NCBI GenBank assembly: GCA_049322915.1
Contig: JBMOPW010000032.1
Location: 128,001-192,000, forward strand
DNA length: 64,000 bases
DNA from: Candidatus Zhuqueibacterota bacterium
GTDB taxonomy: Bacteria; Zhuqueibacterota; Zhuqueibacteria; Thermofontimicrobiales; Thermofontimicrobiaceae
Direction: 5' to 3'
Within the stretch, counting starts at the first letter, position 1; every line of letters begins with the position of its first letter. The notes beneath the pieces were generated by a model. It had not been told where the DNA came from. It did not search any database and saw only the letters and a program-made list of their open reading frames with translations. Positions 56,264 to 64,000 of the stretch are shown one piece after another. The position numbers and the translations under genes were made by a program.

Positions 56264-57760
56264 TTGGAAATCGCGAATTGTCCCCGCCTTCAGATGTCTA
56301 ACATAACCAAGAAATACGCCGGGATTACGGCGCTTCAATCCGTGAATTTCACACTGAACAGGGGTGAGGTGCACGCTCTCGTCGGGGAGAATGGAGCCGG
56401 AAAATCAACGCTGATTAAGATACTTGGCGGAGCTATTCCCAAAACTCAGGGGGAAATTTTCTTCGATGGCGTGAAGCAGGAAATCCATGATCCCCAGCAG
56501 GCGCAAAGGTTGGGCGTTGCAGTCATTTACCAGGAACTCATGCTGGCTCCGGATCTCACGGCAGCCGATAATATCCTGTTGGGCCGATTTCCCAAAAAAT
56601 GGAAACTGTTTGTGGATAAAAAAGAGGTGCTACGGCGGTCGAGGGAAATTTTATCCATGCTGGGCTCTCAGATTGATTTGAACATTCCCATTCATTTGCT
56701 GACCATCGCTGAACAGCAGATGGTTGAAGTTGCCCGGGCGCTATCACTGAACGCGAACATCATTGTCATGGACGAGCCCTCGGCTGTGTTGACGCCGCAT
56801 GAATTGGGAAAGCTGTTCGACGTGATTCGCACACTCAAACAGCAGGGCGTCTCATTCATTTACATCTCGCATCGGTTGGAAGAAGTGTTTCGAATCGCCG
56901 ATCGGGTGACGGTGCTTCGCGACGGCGCGCACCAGTGCACAAGAAATATTCGGGATGTGAATCGCGACCAGATCATCACCTTGATGGTGGGCCGAAATTT
57001 GACATTCGCTGATGCCGCCGCGCCGATAGGGAAAGGGCATCAGGCAATTTTGGAAGTCAAAGGGCTTCGCAGTGAATTTCTGCAGCATCCGATAGACTTC
57101 ACATTGTATCAGGGAGAAATTCTGGGCATCGCCGGGTTGGTCGGCGCTGGCCGAACCCAGGTGGTCCGGGCGTTGTTTGGCGCGGATGCAAAACTGGCCG
57201 GGCAAATTTTCATCAATGGCAAGACAGTGGAAATTCATTCACCGGCAGATGCTGTGCGGCAGGGATTGGGACTTGTTCCCGAGGATCGGAAAAACCAGGG
57301 ATTGCTGATGGATTTGTCCGTGGCTGAAAATATGACCATCACCAATCTCAAAAAATTAACGAGCGCCGGGGTGATTAAAAAATCAAGGGAAAAACAGACG
57401 GCGGAGTCGTTGATAGCCCGTCTTGACATTCGGACATCCTCAATCGCTGATAACATAACCAGCCTGAGCGGGGGAAATCAGCAAAAAGTGATACTGGCGC
57501 GGTGGCTGGACAGCAACGCGAAAATCATAATTTTTGATGAACCGACTCGCGGCGTTGACGTAGGGGCGAAGAGTCAAATTCATTCGCTCATGCGGGAGTT
57601 GAAGGCTCAGGGGACATCGATTATCATGATTTCATCGGAACTACCGGAGATACTCGATTTGAGCGATCGGATTCTTGTCATGCGTCAGGGTCGAATCACC
57701 GGGCAACTGCAGCGAGAACTGGCGACGGAAGAAAAGATCATTTCCATGGCAACTCAATGA
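56264..57760 (+). CDS. Sugar ABC transporter ATP-binding protein (RbsA/MglA type, two NBDs)
   Basis: GENGAGKST, DEPS, YISHRL, PEDRK, LSGGNQQK, DEPTRG; likely TTG start after AAGGAG. Confidence 0.92.
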   Translation: MEIANCPRLQMSNITKKYAGITALQSVNFTLNRGEVHALVGENGAGKSTLIKILGGAIPKTQGEIFFDGVKQEIHDPQQAQRLGVAVIYQELMLAPDLTAADNILLGRFPKKWKLFVDKKEVLRRSREILSMLGSQIDLNIPIHLLTIAEQQMVEVARALSLNANIIVMDEPSAVLTPHELGKLFDVIRTLKQQGVSFIYISHRLEEVFRIADRVTVLRDGAHQCTRNIRDVNRDQIITLMVGRNLTFADAAAPIGKGHQAILEVKGLRSEFLQHPIDFTLYQGEILGIAGLVGAGRTQVVRALFGADAKLAGQIFINGKTVEIHSPADAVRQGLGLVPEDRKNQGLLMDLSVAENMTITNLKKLTSAGVIKKSREKQTAESLIARLDIRTSSIADNITSLSGGNQQKVILARWLDSNAKIIIFDEPTRGVDVGAKSQIHSLMRELKAQGTSIIMISSELPEILDLSDRILVMRQGRITGQLQRELATEEKIISMATQ

Positions 57761-57784
57761 ACAAAGGAAAAGGAGCGCTGACAC

Positions 57785-58927
57785 ATGTTGAAATTATTTA
57801 TCCTGATAAGTGCAATGCACTTATTTTTCAATAGCTGCATCGGGCAGGAAAAGGCGATTACGATTACTGTCACCGCCGCTGATTCCGTCATGCCGGCAGA
57901 TGATAAAATTTATATCACCGGAAATGTGAAGCAATTGGGAAATTGGCAACCGGATTCCGTTTCTTTGAATAAAATCGGCAATTCGACCTGGGAAATAACG
58001 TTGAAATTTCAGGTCGGCGAGCGGTTAGAATACAAATTCACCCGGGGAAGCTGGCAAAAAGAAGAGGTGCTGCCTGGCGGCGTTGTGCCCGGCAATAAAT
58101 ATTTGATTGTTCAGTCGGATCAACGGGTGGAACACACCATTTACAACTGGCGGGATTTCTACCACACCCGGGTCGGTGGAATGACCGGCGCTGTGTCGTA
58201 TCATGAAAATTTCCCTTCACAGAAGTTGGGCAATACCAGAACGCTCATCGTGTGGACTCCGCCAGATTATGAGCAAAGCACGACGCGATATCCGGTTTTA
58301 TACATGCACGACGGGCAGAATGTTTTCGATCCGGCAACGTCCTTCCTGGGCGTTGACTGGCAAATTGATGAAACCGTCGATAGCCTGATTCGTCGCCAAA
58401 GGATCGAGGAAATTATTGTCGTGGGAATTTACAATACCGCAGACAGACTGCTCGAATATACCGATACTGAAAAAGGCCGCGCCTACATGGATTTTCTTGT
58501 CAATGAAGTAAAACCGTTCATCGATCAAAATTACCGGACAAAAACAGACCGGGACAACACAGCGATTATGGGCTCGTCCCTGGGTGGCCTGATTTCGTTC
58601 TATCTTGTCTGGCGATTTCCGGACATTTTCAGCAAGGCAGCCTGTCTTTCCACGTCCATTTACTGGAATAACGGCGCCATGGCCAGGGAAATCGAAGCGT
58701 ACAATGGGCCAAAAAAAGATATTAAAATTTATTTTGACAGCAGCGGTGCGGGCAGAGAGGGGCTGCTGCTTCCATTCTATCATCGGATTAATGAATTATT
58801 GGGCGCCAAAGGCTTTCAGATGGGAGTGGATCTGGAATATTTCTACGACGAAAAGGCGGATCATTCTGAGCCCTCCTGGGCCAAACGTTCCTGGCGACCG
58901 TTGGAATTTATGTTTGGGTTGAAATAA
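57785..58927 (+). CDS. Exported CBM20-like domain fused to an alpha/beta-hydrolase esterase
   Basis: IYITGN...LGNW.P...EYKFTRGSW (CBM20-like); YPVLYMHDGQN, GSSLGG nucleophile elbow, HSE..W. Confidence 0.85.
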   Translation: MLKLFILISAMHLFFNSCIGQEKAITITVTAADSVMPADDKIYITGNVKQLGNWQPDSVSLNKIGNSTWEITLKFQVGERLEYKFTRGSWQKEEVLPGGVVPGNKYLIVQSDQRVEHTIYNWRDFYHTRVGGMTGAVSYHENFPSQKLGNTRTLIVWTPPDYEQSTTRYPVLYMHDGQNVFDPATSFLGVDWQIDETVDSLIRRQRIEEIIVVGIYNTADRLLEYTDTEKGRAYMDFLVNEVKPFIDQNYRTKTDRDNTAIMGSSLGGLISFYLVWRFPDIFSKAACLSTSIYWNNGAMAREIEAYNGPKKDIKIYFDSSGAGREGLLLPFYHRINELLGAKGFQMGVDLEYFYDEKADHSEPSWAKRSWRPLEFMFGLK

Positions 58928-59076
58928 GGCGCCCGGCGGATGCCAATCTGCCGCGACCCAGCTTGTGCGTTCTCCGCCGATGTGAATCAGGCTTTTTCCG
59001 GGTCAGCTTCGAGCCGCAGTAATGTGTGGTTGAACTGAGTCACCCACATCGACGTAATTATCGATTCCGCGCCAAT

Positions 59077-59105
59077 TGAATCTTTTTTCTTCTCCGATCA
59101 TCAAA
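59077..59105 (+). promoter_or_regulatory. Candidate ECF-type promoter (TGAATC-N16-CATCAAA)
   Basis: Matches 17906-17934 in sequence and spacing; lies just before the AGGAGG RBS of the cluster leading to the ECF sigma gene. Confidence 0.45.
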
Positions 59106-59124
59106 ATAGCAGGAGGAAAGAGAA

Positions 59125-59328
59125 ATGGAGAAGAAACCAGAGGCCATTATTCAGACGATTTGCGGCTCGATCGAGGATCGAATCGACGCATGTGCGGATC
59201 GGCATGTCGCTCAACTCTTGAAGGAGCGACTATGCTCGGAGCTGCGTGAGGGCTGCAAAAGTGAAATCGTAAATAATTTTTTAGATAAAATTGTCGATGA
59301 ATTGATAAAACGAAAATTCAGAAATTGA
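59125..59328 (+). CDS. Small hypothetical protein (4 Cys)
   Basis: Strong RBS AGGAGG; tightly packed with the next gene. Confidence 0.65.
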   Translation: MEKKPEAIIQTICGSIEDRIDACADRHVAQLLKERLCSELREGCKSEIVNNFLDKIVDELIKRKFRN

Positions 59329-59332
59329 TGCA

Positions 59333-59545
59333 ATGGAAAAGGTGACCAAAAAAGTTACAATTGAAGAGTTAATCGTGGAGCACCCATTTTCAGTGAATTA
59401 TCTGATGGAGAAGAATATCCGCTGCATTCGCTGCGGAGAACCCATTTGGGGGACACTGGAGGAAGCTGCACGGGAAAAAGGCTATACAGATGATCAAATC
59501 GAATTAATTGTGAATGATATGAATGAAACAATCAGCAAACAGTAA
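59333..59545 (+). CDS. DUF1858 domain protein
   Basis: TIEELIVEHP...CIRCGEP..GTLEEAA..KG. Confidence 0.8.
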   Translation: MEKVTKKVTIEELIVEHPFSVNYLMEKNIRCIRCGEPIWGTLEEAAREKGYTDDQIELIVNDMNETISKQ

Positions 59546-59569
59546 AATAGTCTGTGTTAAGGAGGATTA

Positions 59570-59992
59570 ATGAAAGCAAAATTAAGACAGGTGAATGGCC
59601 TGACCCTGGTCGGAAAAGGCGATTCAAATCATTGGGTAGCATTGGATACAGTGGAACATCTCGGAGGTACCGATGCTGGTACAAAGCCGATGGAATTGAT
59701 TTTATTGGGACTGGGTGGTTGCACGGCGATGGATGTGCTCTCGATTCTCAAAAAGAAACGGACGCCGATAACCGGATTTGAGATGGAGGTGGATGCAGAA
59801 CAGGCGGAAAATTTTCCCAAGGTATTCACGAAAATTACGGTCAAATATATTTTTTACGGCGATAAAACCAGGATCAAAACGACGGATATCGAGCATGCCA
59901 TGGAGCTTTCGGCTAATGTTTACTGCTCCGTGTCCGCCATGTTAAAAGCTACAGCAGATATTCGGTATGAGTATGAAATCAAAGAGGCATGA
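59570..59992 (+). CDS. OsmC family protein (YhfA-like)
   Basis: PMELILLGLGGCTAMDV, PKVFTKI, YCSVSAML. Confidence 0.9.
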   Translation: MKAKLRQVNGLTLVGKGDSNHWVALDTVEHLGGTDAGTKPMELILLGLGGCTAMDVLSILKKKRTPITGFEMEVDAEQAENFPKVFTKITVKYIFYGDKTRIKTTDIEHAMELSANVYCSVSAMLKATADIRYEYEIKEA

Positions 59993-60103
59993 TTGATTCA
60001 GGGATTATATTGAAATAAATCTGGAACTTCCATCAAATAAAACTTGTTTTTTTCAATTTAATTATTTATTATTTCACGTTGTAAAAAAATTGGAAGACAG
60101 GGT

Positions 60104-60676
60104 ATGATGGAAGTTTCAGAGAAAGATCTAATTCAACACGCTCGAAATGGCGATCGAATTGCACAGGCTCGGATTGTAGAAAAGTATGAAAAGATGGTCT
60201 ACAATCTGGGATTGAAATTATTGGGCAACCCGGATGCTGCCGAGTGCATTTTGCAGGAGACGTTTTTAAAAGTACTTCAGGCATTGCCCAACTTCAAAGA
60301 GCAGTCCCAATTGTCAACGTGGATCTATCGCATTGCGACAAATCAGGCGTTGATGCGTCTACGCACCAAGAAAAAAGAGCGCGCATCGTTCGAATCGAAC
60401 CTGGAAGATGAAAACAAGGATTACTCAGTTTTCATCCAGTCCCTCGACGCCGGGCCATTGGATGCGTTACTCAACACAGAGCTCAAAGAAAAGATGGACT
60501 ATGCCATCAGCAAGCTGCCGGACAATTACCGGACTGTCTTTGTGTTGAAAGACATTGAAGGAATGGCGTTGAAAGAAATAGCCGAGCTGCTGGATCTTTC
60601 ATTGCCGGCTGTGAAATCCAATTTGCATCGCGCGCGGGTTTTTCTGAGAAACCAATTATCTGAAATTTGGAATTAA
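60104..60676 (+). CDS. ECF RNA polymerase sigma factor
   Basis: AECILQETFLK, STWIYRIATN, EIAELLDLSLPAVKSNLHRAR. Confidence 0.93.
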   Translation: MMEVSEKDLIQHARNGDRIAQARIVEKYEKMVYNLGLKLLGNPDAAECILQETFLKVLQALPNFKEQSQLSTWIYRIATNQALMRLRTKKKERASFESNLEDENKDYSVFIQSLDAGPLDALLNTELKEKMDYAISKLPDNYRTVFVLKDIEGMALKEIAELLDLSLPAVKSNLHRARVFLRNQLSEIWN

Positions 60677-60922
60677 TTGAGTGACAGCATGAATTGTATT
60701 GATACACTAAATAAAATCTGTGAAGAATTGGGCGAGTACATTGACGGCACGCTATGTTCGGACGTGCAGGAGCATTTACAACACTGCCCCAAATGCTGCG
60801 CTCATGTGGATTCCATTCGCAAAGTGGTTTACCTCTATAAAAAGTCTGCCCAGGAAGATGTCCCTCAAAAAATCGATGAAAGGCTCTGGAGAATTTTGAA
60901 TCTTCAAAAGCCATGTGATTGA
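60677..60922 (+). CDS. Soluble zinc-binding anti-sigma factor (zf-HC2/ZAS)
   Basis: HLQHCPKC (HxxxCxxC), extra Cys residues, no TM; abuts the sigma gene; start may be 60689. Confidence 0.85.
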   Translation: MSDSMNCIDTLNKICEELGEYIDGTLCSDVQEHLQHCPKCCAHVDSIRKVVYLYKKSAQEDVPQKIDERLWRILNLQKPCD

Positions 60923-60990
60923 TTTTTTTCTCCTCTCATGTAAACTTGTCATCCCCCCGATAGAGCTGAAAATAGGCCCAAACATTTCGC

Positions 60991-61019
60991 TTGACACATG
61001 AAAAAATATTTCGTATATT
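60991..61019 (+). promoter_or_regulatory. Sigma70-type promoter
   Basis: TTGACA-17-TATATT. Confidence 0.7.
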
Positions 61020-61128
61020 AGCGCAATTTCAACTCCCCGTTGAACATTCTGATTTTTAAAGAATAAGGCTTGTTGAAATATGAATTATTCATGCCTCTGG
61101 GAACAGCGCATAGCGTGTTCCGGGAGCG

Positions 61129-62535
61129 GTGAATGAAACAAGGGAGTCGGTTGCCTTGAAAAAAATTGCGCTTGGCTCGGACCATGCCGGCTTTGAAATG
61201 AAAGAAAAACTGAAAGATTATCTGTCTCAGTCTGGCTACTCAATAGAGGATTGCGGCACATTCAGCAGTGAATCGGTTGATTATCCGGTGATTGCGCTGA
61301 AAGTGGCGCGCCTGGTAGCCGATGCGGCTGTGGAACAGGGCATCATCATCGATGGCGCCGGAATTGGTTCGGCCATGGTTGCGAATAAAGTGAAGGGCGT
61401 TCGCGCGGCGCTCTGCTACGACCAGTCGACTGCCCGAAATAGCCGGGAGCACAATAACGCCAATGTGCTCACGCTGGGCGCTGGATTGATTGGATTTGAA
61501 TTGGCGAAACAAATCGCCGACATCTGGTTGAACACCAATTGCACTGTGGAGCGGCATTTGAAACGCGTGGCCATGATCGATGCTATTGAAAGCGGGGCGG
61601 GATTGGACAGCCAGCCGAAAATGACTACTACCGCATCGGGAAGCATCAATTCCAACGGTGTGACAGAAGCGGATCTGGCGAAGATCGTGGAGAAAGTCAC
61701 TGCCATGCTGAAGCTGCAACCGGGCGCGCCGGTCAAATCCGGTTGTGAAAACGAGCCCTGCAGCGGCTGCGGCCAATGCGCTGATAAAATTCCCGAGACC
61801 GTCCGCGAGATGATTCACGCGGGGGCGAGTCGCATTTCTCATTCTCCAGGAGGAGTCGGATCGCCGCAGGACATAGCCCGATACATTGACCACACGCTGT
61901 TGAAGCCCGAGGCTTCGAAGGAAGAAATCAAAACGCTGTGCAAAGAGGCAGCGGAACATCAGTTTGCCACCGTCTGCATCAATCCGACCTACGTGCGGCT
62001 GGCATACCAGATATTAAAAGATACTCCGGTCAAAGTGTGCACGGTCGTCGGATTTCCGCTGGGCGCGCATGCTTCGGAAATTAAAGCTCAGGAAACCCGC
62101 CGGGCAATTCGCGAGGGCGCCAGGGAGATTGACATGGTTATTAATATTGGCGCGCTGAAAAGCGGTGAGGACGAACTGGTTTACAGGGACATCAAATCTG
62201 TGGTGGATGCTTGTGTGGATGGATATGCGTTGTGCAAGGTGATCATTGAAGCCGCGCTGCTGACGGATGAAGAAAAAATCCGCGCGTGTGAATTGTCCAA
62301 AAAAGCCCGCGCCCACTTTGTAAAGACTTCGACGGGATTTGCCAAAGGCGGCGCTACTGTCCATGACGTCGCGCTCATGAGCAAAGTCGTCAGTGGAACG
62401 TCTATGGGAGTGAAGGCTGCCGGTGGAATCCGAACGTTGGAAGACGCCGAGAACATGATCGCTGCTGGCGCTACCCGGGTCGGAGCCAGCGCCGGTGTGA
62501 AAATAGTCCAGGAAGCGGTCAAAGCCGCAAGCTAA
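61129..62535 (+). CDS. deoC: RpiB/LacAB sugar-phosphate isomerase fused to deoxyribose-phosphate aldolase (DeoC)
   Basis: N-terminal [32 protein letters not shown]-terminal [48 protein letters not shown]. Confidence 0.9.
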   Translation: MNETRESVALKKIALGSDHAGFEMKEKLKDYLSQSGYSIEDCGTFSSESVDYPVIALKVARLVADAAVEQGIIIDGAGIGSAMVANKVKGVRAALCYDQSTARNSREHNNANVLTLGAGLIGFELAKQIADIWLNTNCTVERHLKRVAMIDAIESGAGLDSQPKMTTTASGSINSNGVTEADLAKIVEKVTAMLKLQPGAPVKSGCENEPCSGCGQCADKIPETVREMIHAGASRISHSPGGVGSPQDIARYIDHTLLKPEASKEEIKTLCKEAAEHQFATVCINPTYVRLAYQILKDTPVKVCTVVGFPLGAHASEIKAQETRRAIREGAREIDMVINIGALKSGEDELVYRDIKSVVDACVDGYALCKVIIEAALLTDEEKIRACELSKKARAHFVKTSTGFAKGGATVHDVALMSKVVSGTSMGVKAAGGIRTLEDAENMIAAGATRVGASAGVKIVQEAVKAAS

Positions 62536-62556
62536 TGCCAGTTGATTGAGGGATGC

Positions 62557-63099
62557 GTGAGCCATATTTTTCTTGCAGGTGAAAAAGTGCTGCTTTCTCC
62601 CATTGAACCTGAGGATGCGCTGTTCTTAGCCGCAGGTGAGAATGATCCTGAAGTTCGGGACGCGTTATTTCTGGCGTTGCCTGTCTCGACGCAGCAGCAG
62701 ATGGACAAAATCAGGCTCCATCAGGCGGCGAAGGATGCTGTTGTGTTTCTCATCCGCGAGCGCCAGACTGATAATCCGATTGGACAGACCGCCTTTTTTC
62801 GGATCGATTATGTCAGCCGGGCAGCCGTGTTCTATCTGGCTATTCTGGACACGGAGTATTGGTCCCGGGGTTTCGGGACCGAAGCGACGCAGCTCATGGT
62901 GAGATATGGGTTCGATACGCTGAATCTCCATCGAATTCAACTTCATGTCTGCGCCGAAAATATAGCAGCGATTAAAATCTATCAGAAAGTTGGTTTCAAA
63001 AAAGAGGGAATCCTGCGGCAGGCTATGTATCGTCGCGGCGCCTTTGTGGATTTCTGGGTGATGGGCCTACTGAAAGACGAATGGCCAGGTACCTTTTAA
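62557..63099 (+). CDS. GNAT acetyltransferase, RimJ/RimL family
   Basis: YWSRGFGTEA, LNLHRIQL, NIAAIKIYQKVGFKKEGILR. Confidence 0.88.
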   Translation: MSHIFLAGEKVLLSPIEPEDALFLAAGENDPEVRDALFLALPVSTQQQMDKIRLHQAAKDAVVFLIRERQTDNPIGQTAFFRIDYVSRAAVFYLAILDTEYWSRGFGTEATQLMVRYGFDTLNLHRIQLHVCAENIAAIKIYQKVGFKKEGILRQAMYRRGAFVDFWVMGLLKDEWPGTF

Positions 63100-63131
63100 A
63101 AGAAAAGACATAAAATCGCTCGTAAATCACG

Positions 63132-63491
63132 TTACTCTCCCCCACCTTCTGCCCGTTCAATTGTGGCAAACATCGATCCCTTCGAATGCGGTAATCTCCA
63201 GTCAGCGCCGAAGTTCAAAATTTGATCTCGTTTCAACTCCGCCCGCTCTTTTGTTGTTGTATCGACGATGACGCGACCGTAATGATCCACAGTCCAAGCC
63301 ATCATCAAAGCGACCGAACGGGGATGCCCGAATAACTGCATCAACATTTCAATGACGTAGTCGTACGTGTGATCGTTGTCGTCCAGCAGAACTACATGAT
63401 ATCTGGGAATTCTCAAGGGCGCCTGTTTGCGGCGCTTATCAGTTTTTCTGGTTACCTTCGTGCGTGCAATGGACGCAGTTTTCATTTGCAT
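63132..63491 (-). CDS. clpS: ATP-dependent Clp protease adaptor ClpS
   Basis: YHVVLLDDNDHTYDYVIEML, VDHYGR, AELKRDQI. Confidence 0.85.
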   Translation of the reverse strand: MQMKTASIARTKVTRKTDKRRKQAPLRIPRYHVVLLDDNDHTYDYVIEMLMQLFGHPRSVALMMAWTVDHYGRVIVDTTTKERAELKRDQILNFGADWRLPHSKGSMFATIERAEGGGE

Positions 63492-63661
63492 GACTTTTCG
63501 CTCGACCCATAGAAAAGATTTAACTCAACTGCGCTACCTTCGATGGCAAGCCGATGAAAATTGGCCGAACCCAAATAGCCAGGCCAATTCTTGCAGGATC
63601 GGGCAATCTTGAAATTTATACTTTTGCCGATCCAATCGGTGTTGTCATTTTTAATGGTGAT

Positions 63662-63690
63662 AAAATAAAAAATCAAAAGTAGATTGTCAA
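63662..63690 (-). promoter_or_regulatory. Possible sigma70-type promoter for clpS
   Basis: Minus strand TTGACA-17-TATTTT. Confidence 0.45.
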
Positions 63691-63827
63691 GGGGAATAAA
63701 TTCATTTTCATGAGCAAGGCGGAGTCGCGTAGTCGGAATTGGTGTTAAATTTATTAACTGGTCCTCAGCCCAATTTTAATAGAGGGCGCGCTGTCGTGTG
63801 TGGTATAATTATTGTATAGCAGTAACG

Positions 63828-64000
63828 ACTCAGGTTCCAGGTTTAAAGGTTCCCGATTTCGGGTTAAAGAGAATTTTCGTCGCTATCCAGGCATGTAGTC
63901 TCGCCGCGAAGTCACACGAAGAAGTCATTTTATTCGTTCGTATTTTGTGCAATTCATTTTTTTAAACCACGTTCAGCTTTTCTGTATCGATAATTCAGCC
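63828..64000. repeat. Dispersed non-coding repeat, copy C (inverted relative to A and B; may continue past the window edge)
   Basis: Collinear inverted match to about 5125-5281, plus an 18/19 match to 19884-19902; window ends in attcagcc, the start motif of copy B. Confidence 0.85.

Noticed and set aside
1..64000. CRISPR arrays, tRNA/rRNA genes, IS elements, prophage or defence genes
   Set aside because: No regularly spaced direct repeats, RNA-gene signatures or transposase/integrase/phage motifs were recognised

Overview
Chromosomal window from a diderm bacterium. Gene content (PorV-like barrel, FlgD-Ig/T9SS-type sorting domain, GWxTD protein, peptidase-PD40-Omp85 protein, carboxypeptidase-regulatory-domain TonB receptor) points to the FCB superphylum, possibly KSB1/Calditrichota-like; this is inference. 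It is mostly housekeeping: lipB-pdhABC...lpdA, uppP, dppA, parAB-M23-bactofilin, aspS, phoH-pgpH-ybeY-corC, galT-like, ECF sigma/anti-sigma and clpS. No rRNA, tRNA, CRISPR array, transposase or integrase was recognised. Most notable: (1) a seven-gene cluster at 32.6-43.9 kb matching the core Agl-Glt trans-envelope motor of myxobacteria, with an extra sugar-binding-like domain; (2) a sigma54-driven pair of a DUF11/sorting-domain surface protein and a PorV-like barrel fused to two OmpA-like domains; (3) a metal-uptake module splitting the PDH operon, headed by a His/Cys RGPP-motif candidate arrest/leader peptide; (4) an RpiB-encapsulation peptide-DeoC fusion suggesting a microcompartment cargo enzyme; (5) a GalT homologue lacking its catalytic His; (6) a shared ECF-type promoter motif before two redox loci; (7) a dispersed non-coding repeat family. 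All calls come from motifs recognised by eye; no searches were run.
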